In this document: piece after piece, positions 1-9,326 of the stretch
Numbering within the stretch: position 1 is the first letter of the stretch
How the letters are laid out: each line of letters begins with the position of its first letter
From: Candidatus Heimdallarchaeota archaeon
GTDB lineage: Archaea; Asgardarchaeota; Heimdallarchaeia; Heimdallarchaeales; Kariarchaeaceae
NCBI GenBank assembly: GCA_030149205.1
Contig: JASBSB010000001.1
Location: 963,518 to 995,517 of the forward strand
Direction of reading: 5' to 3'
DNA length: 32,000 nucleotides
The notes under the pieces: model-generated
What the model was told of the DNA's origin: nothing
What the model saw: the letters and a program-made list of their open reading frames with translations, nothing else
Databases searched by the model: none
Translations under genes and position numbers: made by a program

Positions 1-59
1 TTTAGAATGAATACTTGCTCACACAACCAAGTTTAATTTTAGTCACATTATTATTAATT

Positions 60-2114
60 ATGGAAGCACCGAAAGCAAAAATCATCCCCACAAAGCGTAC
101 CATAAATGGCGTGGATCTTGAGGATAATTATGCGTGGTTAAGAGACAAAGAGAACCCCGAGGTAATTAAGTACTTAGAGGATGAAAATAAATATACTGAG
201 GCCTATATGGGAGATACTTCAGATTTTCAGGAAAGCTTGTTTGAAGAATTGAAAGGGCGTATCAAGGAAACAGATCAAACTTACCCAGTAACGAGGGATG
301 GCTACCTCTATTACACTAGAACGGAGAAAGGGAAAAACTATCCCATCTACTGTAGAAAAAGAGGAAACATGGAGGCTGAAGAGCAGGTATATTTGGATTG
401 TAACCAGTTAGCAGAGGGTCTTGAATATTTCAGATTGGGAGGGATGTCCTTAAGTCCAGACCAGCGGTTTTTAGCTTATTCGACAGACGTTACAGGATAT
501 GAAATTTATACTATTGAAATAAAGGATTTGCAAAGTGGACAAAAACTTGCTGATAAAATAGAGAACGTTGCAGGTGATGTTTTATGGACTCCAAATGGAG
601 ATTTTTTGATATATGACCTTCTGGACGATATTCACCGACCATTCGCAGTTTATTATCACAAGGTTGGAGGAGAAAACTCAGAAGATAAATTGATTTATCA
701 GGATGACGATAATCAATTCTTTGTCTCTTTTTCCAAGTCTAGAGACAAGAAATATTTCTATATATCAAGCACATCACAAAACTCAAATGAGACAAGGTAT
801 GCGAGGTTTGCTCAGAATACTTCGAATTCACCCTTTGAATCTGAATTAGAGGTATTTATGGCTCGAAGAGACAAGATTGAATACAACATCAGCCACCATG
901 AAGGTGACTTTTATATTACAACCAATGAAAACGCCGTGAATTTTGAGGTATTTAAAACAAAGGTGGAATCACCAGAGAGAGAGAAATGGGAAACGGTCAT
1001 ACCACACAACATAAATGTGCAAAACTTGGGCGTGAGTTCTTTCAAATCACATTTGGTGTTTCTCCAGAGAAAAGGTGGGTTTATTCACATGGAAGTTAGA
1101 GACCTTGAAAAAGGAGAAACTTGGCCTATAAAATTCCCAGAGGACATCTACTCTGTTTGGACTGGAGCAAACCCCGAGTATGAATCTAAGGTTCTAAGGT
1201 TACATTTCTCGTCTCCTATTACACCGAGTATCACGTATGATTACGATATCGAGAAAAGAGAACTTTTACTTCGTAAACAGGAAGAGGTTAAAGGATATGA
1301 ACCTAAAAATTATGTTACATTCCGTAAGTATGCAACAGCTAAGGATGGGACGAGGGTCCCACTCTCAATAGCCCACCATAAAGATTTGAAATACGATGGA
1401 CAAAATCCTACACTGCTTTATGGTTACGGTTCATATGGTTACAGTATTGATCCTGGCTTTGCAACGAACATGTTAAGTTTGTTGGAAAGAGGCATGATTT
1501 TTGTAATTGCCCATATCCGAGGTGGAGGAGAGATGGGTAAACCATGGTATGAGGATGGAAAGTTCTTGCACAAAAAAAATACTTTTGAGGATTTCATTTC
1601 AGCTGCTGAATATTTAGTGTCAGAGAGACTTACCAATTCAGGTAAATTGGCAATAATGGGAGGAAGTGCCGGAGGATTACTCATGGGTGCGGTAGTCAAT
1701 ATGAGACCTGACTTGTTCAAGGTTGTTGTTGCGAGAGTACCTTTTGTTGATGTAATTAACACAATGTTAGACCCATCAATTCCTCTTACGACAGCAGAGT
1801 ACAAAGAATGGGGAAATCCCAATGAAAAGGATTTTTTTGATTACATGCTATCCTATTCCCCCTACAATAATGTAGAAGCAAAGAACTATCCTAGTATGTT
1901 AGTAACAGCTGGTTTAAATGATCCTAGAGTCCATTATTGGGAACCTTCAAAATGGGTCGCAAAACTTAGAAATCTAAAGACCGACAACAATATTTTACTG
2001 TTGAAGACAAACATGGGAGCTGGACATGGTGGGGCCTCTGGCAGATATGATAGTCTAAAAGAGACGGCCTTTATCTACACATTTATTCTGAAAGAGCTTG
2101 GGATCCTCAAGTAG
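60..2114 (+). CDS. ptrB: Oligopeptidase B / prolyl oligopeptidase family S9A serine peptidase
   Basis: N-terminus 'EDNYAWLRD...VIKYLEDENKYT', nucleophile motif GGSAGG, Asp in AGLNDPRV, His in AGHGG, and LYGYGSYG/HIRGGGEMG motifs. The ORF is open from 15, but ATG at 60 (MEAPKAK) matches the usual family start. Confidence 0.93.
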   Translation: MEAPKAKIIPTKRTINGVDLEDNYAWLRDKENPEVIKYLEDENKYTEAYMGDTSDFQESLFEELKGRIKETDQTYPVTRDGYLYYTRTEKGKNYPIYCRKRGNMEAEEQVYLDCNQLAEGLEYFRLGGMSLSPDQRFLAYSTDVTGYEIYTIEIKDLQSGQKLADKIENVAGDVLWTPNGDFLIYDLLDDIHRPFAVYYHKVGGENSEDKLIYQDDDNQFFVSFSKSRDKKYFYISSTSQNSNETRYARFAQNTSNSPFESELEVFMARRDKIEYNISHHEGDFYITTNENAVNFEVFKTKVESPEREKWETVIPHNINVQNLGVSSFKSHLVFLQRKGGFIHMEVRDLEKGETWPIKFPEDIYSVWTGANPEYESKVLRLHFSSPITPSITYDYDIEKRELLLRKQEEVKGYEPKNYVTFRKYATAKDGTRVPLSIAHHKDLKYDGQNPTLLYGYGSYGYSIDPGFATNMLSLLERGMIFVIAHIRGGGEMGKPWYEDGKFLHKKNTFEDFISAAEYLVSERLTNSGKLAIMGGSAGGLLMGAVVNMRPDLFKVVVARVPFVDVINTMLDPSIPLTTAEYKEWGNPNEKDFFDYMLSYSPYNNVEAKNYPSMLVTAGLNDPRVHYWEPSKWVAKLRNLKTDNNILLLKTNMGAGHGGASGRYDSLKETAFIYTFILKELGILK

Positions 2115-2781
2115 ATCTGATAATTTTTAAAATAACTTTTGCTAACTCTCTTTCTGCAGTTTGTTTAGATGTGGCAGGAGGTCCACTCAATTTGATATAT
2201 TGCCCCAAGATGTATTGATTCACAGTTGAGATGAATAATGGGCTGTGGTCTGTTCCCCCCACTCGTGTTGTCGTATAATCCAGAGGCATCTCACCTTTAC
2301 TTTGGAGCAATTCTTGAAGTTCTCCCTTATAGTTGACATCAATTATATCTGGTATTTCAGTAAATTTTTCGTTGATTATATCAATAATATTCCTAACTAT
2401 GTCTCTAAGAACTGAGATTTGGTTATGGAGATACGAGATCCCTATTAAAGCCTCAATACATTCTTTCAGGTCATTTTCACTTACGTTAACGTCTGAAATA
2501 ATTTCAATGAGGTTGAAATAATCTACTAAAAATCCTAAGGTTCTTCTGTTTACCAGTGAAGAAATTATCTGTGTGATCTTCCCTGAATTTAGAACACCGC
2601 TTTGTCCAATTTCCTCAACTAATATTAGATCTAATACTTTGTCTCCAAGAAGAGCGAAAAATTTGAATTCATCTCCTCCCTTAATAGATTTTGGAGTCAG
2701 GGCAAGTTTTGTGTAATCTGAGGATGGGATTTTGAAAAATAACGTTAGAGATTCTAGGGTATACGGTTTTTCTGAAATCAT
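2107..2781 (-). CDS. rnc: Ribonuclease III (RNase III domain + C-terminal dsRBD), variant signature
   Basis: ALTPKS...FFALLGDKVL resembles ALTHxS...ERLEFLGDAVL; KECIEALIG resembles DxxEALIG; dsRBD 'NYKGELQELLQ...GGTDHSPLF...SKQTAERELA'. 3' end overlaps ptrB by 8 nt. Confidence 0.88.
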   Translation of the reverse strand: MISEKPYTLESLTLFFKIPSSDYTKLALTPKSIKGGDEFKFFALLGDKVLDLILVEEIGQSGVLNSGKITQIISSLVNRRTLGFLVDYFNLIEIISDVNVSENDLKECIEALIGISYLHNQISVLRDIVRNIIDIINEKFTEIPDIIDVNYKGELQELLQSKGEMPLDYTTTRVGGTDHSPLFISTVNQYILGQYIKLSGPPATSKQTAERELAKVILKIIRST

Positions 2782-3017
2782 TATTTCAATCCGTTAAAGG
2801 TAAATGAGCAAGTTGAAGGGCACATTGCTTCCTCATAAATTACGTCCATACCGTTTTTATCTACATTTGGGTGATGACCTCTCCATTTTTGATGCCAAGT
2901 TTTGCTGCTTTTCCATCTGTCAAATTCCTGAACTTTTTGATATGGGTTAATAAACAAGCTCCCAAGTAATAAATCCAACAATTTTTTTGGAGCTTTTAAA
3001 ATGCTCATAATATCCAT
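2781..3017 (-). CDS. Small hypothetical protein (78 aa, Trp/His-rich patch), coupled to rnc
   Basis: Its TAA overlaps the rnc ATG (TAATG at 2783-2779), and it fills an otherwise empty gap. No family recognised. Confidence 0.55.
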   Translation of the reverse strand: MDIMSILKAPKKLLDLLLGSLFINPYQKVQEFDRWKSSKTWHQKWRGHHPNVDKNGMDVIYEEAMCPSTCSFTFNGLK

Positions 3018-3153
3018 ATCTCTATTCTACTATATTAATTTTCATATTTCAGAACTTCATTTACTTTAGTGTCAGATATTATAGAAAATCTATCTGATGA
3101 TATTTTGCTTACTTGAAAATGTACATATACTAAAACACCTCCTCCCTTATTTG

Positions 3154-4113
3154 ATGTTAACTTTACCTGATCTTGAAGAAGCTTTTAATCGATTAGAGCC
3201 AGTAGTAAATAAAACTCCAGTTTTCACTTCTCGAACACTAAATTCAGAACTAGACCTAGAAATTTATTTTAAGCTTGAAAGTTTTCAGAGGATGGGGGCC
3301 TTCAAATTTCGTGGAGCTTATAATGCACTGTCCTTACTCTCTCCTTCAGAGAAGGAAAGAGGAGTTGTAACACATTCCAGTGGAAATCATGCACAAGCGA
3401 TAGCGTTAGCTGGAAAGTTGCTTAAAATAAAAACTATCATTGTGATGCCATCTAATGCACCAGCAGTCAAAAAATCTGCAACACTGGGGTATGGAGCTGA
3501 GGTTGTGGAATGCAAGCCAACTACCAGAGATAGGGAGGAGACCTGTGAATCTTTGATAAAGAAGCATGGATATACTTTAATTCATCCGTATGACAATGAT
3601 AACGTCATTGCTGGGGCCTCAACTGCTGTACAAGAGCTGATAAAGGAATATGGCAAATTTGATGCCGTTATTGCCCCTGTGGGTGGTGGAGGTTTATTAA
3701 GTGGTACTGCACTTTATTCCAAGTTAAGTGGGAATGTTAAGCGAGTCTTTGGTGCAGAACCAAGTCAAGCAGACGATGCGTACAGATCATTTCACACAAA
3801 CAAAGTACAGCCTCAGCTTCATCCAAATACAATAGCTGATGGATTGAGAACATCCTTATCTGAAAGGACATTTGGTTATATTAAAACCCACGTAGATGAA
3901 ATTATTCGTGTAGATGAGGGAGAAATCGTTAATTCCATGAGATTCATTTGGGAAAGGATGAAATCTGTTGTTGAACCTTCTGGTGCTACCTCACTTGCTG
4001 CTGTAAGAAACGCCAGATCAGAGGGTCTTATTGAAGATCATCAAAAAATTGGTCTCATCATTAGTGGGGGAAACGTTGATCTCAACCCTTATTTCAAAAT
4101 ATTTGCGACCTAA
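3154..4113 (+). CDS. PLP-dependent serine/threonine dehydratase (serine racemase / hydroxyaspartate ammonia-lyase-like, no ACT domain)
   Basis: KLESFQRMGAFKFRGA (PLP lysine), HSSGNHAQA, PVGGGGLLSG, TIADGL, VEPSGA, SGGNVD. ATG at 3154 (MLTLPDLEEA) is preferred over the ORF start at 3097. Confidence 0.88.
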   Translation: MLTLPDLEEAFNRLEPVVNKTPVFTSRTLNSELDLEIYFKLESFQRMGAFKFRGAYNALSLLSPSEKERGVVTHSSGNHAQAIALAGKLLKIKTIIVMPSNAPAVKKSATLGYGAEVVECKPTTRDREETCESLIKKHGYTLIHPYDNDNVIAGASTAVQELIKEYGKFDAVIAPVGGGGLLSGTALYSKLSGNVKRVFGAEPSQADDAYRSFHTNKVQPQLHPNTIADGLRTSLSERTFGYIKTHVDEIIRVDEGEIVNSMRFIWERMKSVVEPSGATSLAAVRNARSEGLIEDHQKIGLIISGGNVDLNPYFKIFAT

Positions 4114-4117
4114 AGGT

Positions 4118-4771
4118 TTAGTATCTACAGACAGTAGGAGAAAATATATTACGGATAGTGTAGTTTGACCAACCATACTGTAAATCAAGAGATATGGTTT
4201 GGTTACGTGGAGACATGCTACACTGTTGAGTGAAATAATCCATTGTTAAAGAAAAATTCACAGGTTGTGCTGGTTGTATGGTGTTGGATCTACTTACGTT
4301 AAGAAAGAATGGCACATTGATATACGAGCTGTTGATTTCATACTGAACTGTAAAATAATGATTTGACAAGGCTTTATTAAAGGATTTGAATAATCCAGGG
4401 GCTGTTGATACATGTGAACTTAGCAGAATGTCTTTACCGAATAAAGACAATACAAAGTATTTCGAACCATTTATTGTCTCGATAGTCAAAACAACAGATG
4501 ACTTGTCATTCAAATTTTTTTGAATAGTTTCCAACTGGGATAACCCAAAGGATTCAGTATTATTCATCATGATTAAAGGAAATTTTATAATCATTGAACT
4601 GTCTACTTGTGTTTGTATCCTAATAGAGACATCTTCAGTGTATATATTAGGATTGACCCAAATCACTACAGCGGGGTAAAGTAAACCACCAATTGATACG
4701 AATAACAATGTCAAAACTATGATTAAAGTGCGACGACTTATCTTATAACCGTCTTTCTTCGAATTTCCCAT
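4118..4771 (-). CDS. Hypothetical membrane-anchored protein
   Basis: 217-aa ORF with a basic N-terminus, one hydrophobic stretch (TLIIVLTLLFVSIGGLLYPAVVIW), then a beta-rich region with N-x-S/T sequons. Co-directional with the upstream PGF-CTERM gene. Confidence 0.65.
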   Translation of the reverse strand: MGNSKKDGYKISRRTLIIVLTLLFVSIGGLLYPAVVIWVNPNIYTEDVSIRIQTQVDSSMIIKFPLIMMNNTESFGLSQLETIQKNLNDKSSVVLTIETINGSKYFVLSLFGKDILLSSHVSTAPGLFKSFNKALSNHYFTVQYEINSSYINVPFFLNVSRSNTIQPAQPVNFSLTMDYFTQQCSMSPRNQTISLDLQYGWSNYTIRNIFSPTVCRY

Positions 4772-4812
4772 AATTAAACTAATTTGGAATCTAAATAAGT
4801 TTAAAGATGTGT

Positions 4813-5508
4813 TTATACTTTATTTTTAATTTTCCTTAAGGTTACACCCAGAACAAATATACCTAGAGCGGTTAACAGAAGTTCAAATCCAGGCACAGGA
4901 GAAGAACCTGTAGCTGCATTGCTAGAATTTCTAGTAATTAGAAAAGATGAAATATTCGCATCACTTCTAGCTCCATTCCATGATTCAACATGTCCTCCGA
5001 ATTTTAGTGCAACCCCTGTACTCTTTTCATATAGAACGAATGTTGATGCAACCATTCCCAAAGACCCAAGAACAAATTGAAAATTGAAACTCATATTAAA
5101 TTCTGTTGTGGATACATCATTCATTTTATATGGATTTAGGAAACCTCCAAAATTTGACGAATTCCCCCAGTATCCCCAATCTGTGTATAGAATCATGCTT
5201 GTGGGGGAAGACATGTTGGAAGAATCTGTTACAGTTTTTCCACCTGCCGTCATAGTGTATTTTACTGTATCATTAGATTTAATTATCTCTTTTACTTCCA
5301 TAGTTATCACTTCTCCCTTAGTAATAGTAAGATTTGAGAAAGACGGAGCTACAGTATTTGTTAGGGGAATGTTATAACTTTCAACTTTAAAGGTAAATTT
5401 ATCACCTACCTTGACACCTATCTTTGAAGTATCAATACTTGCATTCACGCTACTTATCAAAAGTAGAGCGGTAAATAGTCCTAAGACCAATATTTTTCTT
5501 TGGTTCAT
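4813..5508 (-). CDS. Secreted surface (glyco)protein with PGF-CTERM anchor
   Basis: Signal peptide (MNQRKILVLGLFTALLLISSVNA); GVKVGDKFTF...DWGYW...YEKSTGV pattern; several N-x-S/T sequons; C-terminal VPGFE + TM helix + basic tail (RKIKNKV). Confidence 0.82.
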   Translation of the reverse strand: MNQRKILVLGLFTALLLISSVNASIDTSKIGVKVGDKFTFKVESYNIPLTNTVAPSFSNLTITKGEVITMEVKEIIKSNDTVKYTMTAGGKTVTDSSNMSSPTSMILYTDWGYWGNSSNFGGFLNPYKMNDVSTTEFNMSFNFQFVLGSLGMVASTFVLYEKSTGVALKFGGHVESWNGARSDANISSFLITRNSSNAATGSSPVPGFELLLTALGIFVLGVTLRKIKNKV

Positions 5509-5533
5509 GGTAATTATATATTCTCAATAATTT

Positions 5534-5541
5534 TATTTAAA
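5534..5541 (-). promoter_or_regulatory. Putative TATA box (TTTAAATA) of the PGF-CTERM gene
   Basis: Lies 26-33 nt upstream of the ATG at 5508, the spacing expected for a leaderless archaeal transcript. The region is AT-rich, so a chance match is possible. Confidence 0.4.
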
Positions 5542-5654
5542 CATAATTAATCAATTTGTATAATTGTTTTGCTATAGTATTGCATTCTGAATTTAATTCC
5601 AATTTTGTAATAAGTCACAATATCCAAATGTACGGTGTTCAAATATTCAAGTCA

Positions 5655-6446
5655 TTAGGATTTCTTTAGTTGTTTGATTGCTTCAAGACGTGAAACATAT
5701 GTTGATAAAAGATGTTCATTCAAAGACTCTAATTCAACGAGTTTGATACTACTTTCTAATGTAGAACCTAGTTTCTCAAAGGCATTGGGAGAGAAAATCA
5801 AGCGGTTTGAACCATCAATGAGAACAATTTTGTTAACATGACGGTACCCTAAAGCTTTTGGGGGAAGGTGCCCCACTATATCTTTGTCATTTTGAATAAC
5901 CCATGAGTTTTTGACTATACTATTATACCTTCTAACAAACCACCTGTTTCCAAACCTGGGGACAGCAAAACCTGTGAAATGAACAGTTTCTTTCCTATCC
6001 TGAATCATGTCAAAGCTCAGTAAACCACCAATTGCAGCACCTAATGAGTAGCCCACAATTTCGATTGTTGGAAGGATCTTTCCAGTTATTCTTCTAAGCT
6101 CATCTATTGCGGAATATACATCGTTTTTTATACTTTCATAAGCAGACAAAAATCCAGAATGTACTTTAGGTTTGAATAGTATTCTTCTTACTTGAGGATA
6201 TTCTGTGAAGAGTAGATTGACATCACTAAAGAAGTTCTTTTCACTTCGACTACCCTTGAAACATATCAATATCGATCTATGTCCTTCAGCTATATACAGA
6301 CCAACATCAGTCTTTTCATTTGATATCTCTTTAAAATACTCAAACCCGTATCGTCGTATATCCTTTTGAATTGTTTCCTTACTTGAGAAGGCAAGGTCAG
6401 CTAGCTTAGCATAAACAATCGCCTGCTCAATATCAAATGATTCCAT
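5655..6446 (-). CDS. Lipase family 3 (class 3 alpha/beta hydrolase)
   Basis: FKGS, KVHSGFL, nucleophile elbow GYSLGAA, PRFGN, NDKDIVGHLPP (Asp), GYRHV, and a C-terminal His in NEHLLSTY. Confidence 0.88.
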   Translation of the reverse strand: MESFDIEQAIVYAKLADLAFSSKETIQKDIRRYGFEYFKEISNEKTDVGLYIAEGHRSILICFKGSRSEKNFFSDVNLLFTEYPQVRRILFKPKVHSGFLSAYESIKNDVYSAIDELRRITGKILPTIEIVGYSLGAAIGGLLSFDMIQDRKETVHFTGFAVPRFGNRWFVRRYNSIVKNSWVIQNDKDIVGHLPPKALGYRHVNKIVLIDGSNRLIFSPNAFEKLGSTLESSIKLVELESLNEHLLSTYVSRLEAIKQLKKS

Positions 6447-6462
6447 AGCAGAGATTAGACCC

Positions 6463-6473
6463 TATATATAAAA
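6463..6473 (-). promoter_or_regulatory. Putative TATA box (TTTTATATATA) of the lipase gene
   Basis: 17-27 nt upstream of the ATG at 6446, preceded on the minus strand by a purine-rich GAAAG (BRE-like). Confidence 0.5.
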
Positions 6474-6596
6474 TGGCTTTCAATTATAAGATGAATATTG
6501 CTAAAGTTTTGCAATCCTCGAACGTAAAATAGTAGTTAAATCAAACGATAAAATATAAATGGGTTAAGGTTACCTAGCATTTGGAGAGGTTAATCT

Positions 6597-7970
6597 ATAA
6601 CTGTTCTGATCATCAATAGGCACGAAAGAGTTAAGAAAGTCAATATTGATGGTGCTAAAGTTGAACACAGAACAGTGTTAAATGAATTTTCTGATTTACA
6701 ATCAAACGCTGACCCCTATCATTTAATTGTATTTAACATGGATCGTGTTACAAAAAGAGATTTAGATTTTTACAGGAAACTTTTGAGAGAATTACGTCTG
6801 AGATTCCCAGGGATACACAGAGTGGTTGTAAATAAGAAAGTCTCACTAAAACAAACACTGGTAGAGTGGAAGACAAAAGGATGGATTACAAAATTATATG
6901 AAGATTTTGCTGATGAGAAATTTCTTCATTTTGTTTCAAACAGTCTGACTAAAGATCCAAGATCTAGACTCAAAACACCAGTGATTTTGGATACGTCAAG
7001 CTTGGAAAATCAGCATTACATAAGTGACACATTCTTACAGCTTATTTCTACCATGACAAGTTCTGATAAGTCCACAGAGATTGGAAACCTCTTTATTGAC
7101 TTTTTGCGAGGGAAAATTAGTGAGCTTAGAATGGTTCTAGAAATATTTAATGCAAATCCTATTAAAAACTTAGATCAGAGAGAAAAATTGATAGAAACTG
7201 CCTCAGATGTACTCAATCAAATTGAGATTCTAATATATTTCTTTGACCAAAAAATTCTTAGTATTCACATATATTTCATTCAGTCAGTCTTAAATTATCT
7301 ATCAGGACACCAACACCTTGCTAATGATTCACTCAAAACTGCATTGGAATTCAAATCCTGGTTTGAGGGAAACTACCCAGAACTTGATTTTTCAGTCTTG
7401 AATTCAGAAATAAATAGAATATCAACCATAACAGAGCAATTCTCCAAAGTGTTGACTGAGGATATTGAGCTGACATGTCGAAAAAGTATTGTGAATGTGG
7501 TAGCAGATGATATTCTTTCTTATATATCAATTAATAGTTTCATGTTTGAGTCTAATCATCAGGTAAAGAAGGATTTGACATTTATTATGATTTATGACTC
7601 TATTACACTTTATTCAAAAACTTCTAAAAGGTACGCCAACAAAGAAATACCAACCCTTGTAGGTTCATTCATCTCAGCCCTTTTTGCGTTGGTATCTGAG
7701 ATTGATGAAAATGAGGATAGAATTGATACAATAACTTTGTTTAAGGGGGCAATCTATCTCTTCAAAAGTCAGAAATTTATCTTCGTTCTCTATACCAATT
7801 TCCAAGATTTAAGGGATAAAATCGCACTTAAAAGATTAGGGCTCTCATTGGTTAATGAATTGAAAGGCAGTGACGAAATAACTTATGGGGTCTCCTCTCA
7901 GGTACAAAATCTAATCACTAAGACTTTAATCAAGTATTTCCCATCATTTAATGGGTTTAAGCAATCCTAA
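6597..7970 (+). CDS. Hypothetical protein: degenerate receiver-like N-terminus, helical middle, longin-like C-terminal domain
   Basis: The frame is open from 6594. GAGGT (6586-6590) lies 6 nt before ATA 6597, and TATAAAT is at 6554-6560. The ORF track starts it at GTG 6675. C-terminus 'FIMIYDSITLYSK...LVGSFISALFALVSEI...IDTI...IYLFKSQKFIFVL' fits a longin-type pattern. Confidence 0.7.
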   Translation: MTVLIINRHERVKKVNIDGAKVEHRTVLNEFSDLQSNADPYHLIVFNMDRVTKRDLDFYRKLLRELRLRFPGIHRVVVNKKVSLKQTLVEWKTKGWITKLYEDFADEKFLHFVSNSLTKDPRSRLKTPVILDTSSLENQHYISDTFLQLISTMTSSDKSTEIGNLFIDFLRGKISELRMVLEIFNANPIKNLDQREKLIETASDVLNQIEILIYFFDQKILSIHIYFIQSVLNYLSGHQHLANDSLKTALEFKSWFEGNYPELDFSVLNSEINRISTITEQFSKVLTEDIELTCRKSIVNVVADDILSYISINSFMFESNHQVKKDLTFIMIYDSITLYSKTSKRYANKEIPTLVGSFISALFALVSEIDENEDRIDTITLFKGAIYLFKSQKFIFVLYTNFQDLRDKIALKRLGLSLVNELKGSDEITYGVSSQVQNLITKTLIKYFPSFNGFKQS

Positions 7971-8017
7971 ATAGCCTCTTTCATGTTCTTAATAAGATTC
8001 AATTTCGAACTATCCTA

Positions 8018-9259
8018 GTGGAAACACTAAGAAATATTTATGGGATTTATCTTTTTACCTTCCTTAATTCCTTAGGGAGGGGAATCTGGTTGGGAAATGT
8101 ATTGAGTGCCTATATATATTTCTTAGCAAACCAATCATATTCTTCTCTCGGGATAGTCTCATCTATCACAGGATTTGCTTCTACTATTATTTTATTCCCT
8201 GCGGGGTATTTAACTGATCGGTTTCCTCGAGTACTTGTCTTATACAGCGGGGCAGTATTTGGAATAATTAGTCTAATCATTTTATGGTTCACTAGTAGTT
8301 TAAATGGAGTCATTTGGGGATTGTTTTTTTGGGGATTATTCAATGGGAGTATGTCCCCCAGTACAGAGGCTTTGTTTGCTGACTCTATTGTGACAGGAAA
8401 CAGATCCCCTATTTACACAAAAAGGTATATCATTCAACAGGTTGCTATGGCTGTAGGTCCTTTTCTAAATATTGCATCTTTTCTTTATCTCGGGGACAAT
8501 TGGAGCTTACCAATTTTAAAGGCAGTAATGAACATAGGAATCTCTTTTTCTGCACTTGCGATCTTAAGTTTATTCTTAGTGAATGACAAGTTTACAATGG
8601 GAAGGAGCAGTGAATCAATTGACACAAAAGATACAATGAATCATAACCAAAAAGTTAGCAACAGCAAAGTGCCTTACATCCTTCTTTCAGCAAACTTAAT
8701 CGTGGGAATTGGAGCTGGCATGACTATTCGGTACTTTCAGATCTTTTTTCTGGAGATTTACAAACTGTTTCCAGTGGGATTAAATCTTTTGATGGGAGTC
8801 CTATTTGTTGTTACTGCTTTAGCAGGTCACCTGGCTCAGAAGGTTTCAACAAGATGGGGACGACCTCAAATAATATTCACTGTCCAGATGCTTGGAACCA
8901 TTTGTCTTTTTCTAATAGCACTTTATCCACCATTAAGCATTTTAGTAATCATATTTTTATTAAGAGGCTCATTGATGAATGCGGCTCAACCACTTTCTAG
9001 ATCTATTTTAATGGACTATATCCCAAAAAAAAGCCGAGGGAAATGGAATGCAGCCCAATTTATTGCTTGGGGTCTTTTTTGGAACCTCTCAGCCATAATT
9101 GGAGGATTTTTAATTGAACAGTTTGGGTATCGAATAAACTTCTTAATTACAGCTGGAATCTATGTTATAGGCACACTTCCAATTTTGCTACTTTTTTCAG
9201 CTGTTCCGAAGGAATCCACACCTAAAATTTCTCCCTCGGTTCATGCAGTAGCAGATTGA
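8018..9259 (+). CDS. MFS transporter
   Basis: About 12 hydrophobic segments; motif A 'GYLTDRFPR' and the second-half copy 'GHLAQKVSTRWGR'; GTG start. Confidence 0.88.
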   Translation: METLRNIYGIYLFTFLNSLGRGIWLGNVLSAYIYFLANQSYSSLGIVSSITGFASTIILFPAGYLTDRFPRVLVLYSGAVFGIISLIILWFTSSLNGVIWGLFFWGLFNGSMSPSTEALFADSIVTGNRSPIYTKRYIIQQVAMAVGPFLNIASFLYLGDNWSLPILKAVMNIGISFSALAILSLFLVNDKFTMGRSSESIDTKDTMNHNQKVSNSKVPYILLSANLIVGIGAGMTIRYFQIFFLEIYKLFPVGLNLLMGVLFVVTALAGHLAQKVSTRWGRPQIIFTVQMLGTICLFLIALYPPLSILVIIFLLRGSLMNAAQPLSRSILMDYIPKKSRGKWNAAQFIAWGLFWNLSAIIGGFLIEQFGYRINFLITAGIYVIGTLPILLLFSAVPKESTPKISPSVHAVAD

Positions 9260-9326
9260 TACTGATTCTCACACGTCAATATACAAGGTATAGTAATATT
9301 TATTAAGCTAAAATTAACTTTAAGGT

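Noticed and set aside
15-59. N-terminal 15-aa hydrophobic extension of ptrB that looks like a signal peptide
   Set aside because: Family homology begins at ATG 60 and the ORF-track start is TTG. The upstream context is cut by the window edge, so secretion cannot be supported.
1439-1822. 127-aa antisense ORF inside ptrB (also 2333-2521, 5084-5377, 8110-8343, 9404-9694, 11963-12193, 13126-13365, 14470-14766)
   Set aside because: Shadow ORFs fully overlapping well-supported genes, with no motifs of their own.
3137-3146. CACCTCCTCC anti-SD-like stretch just upstream of the dehydratase start
   Set aside because: No rRNA context and a single short match; no testable structure found.
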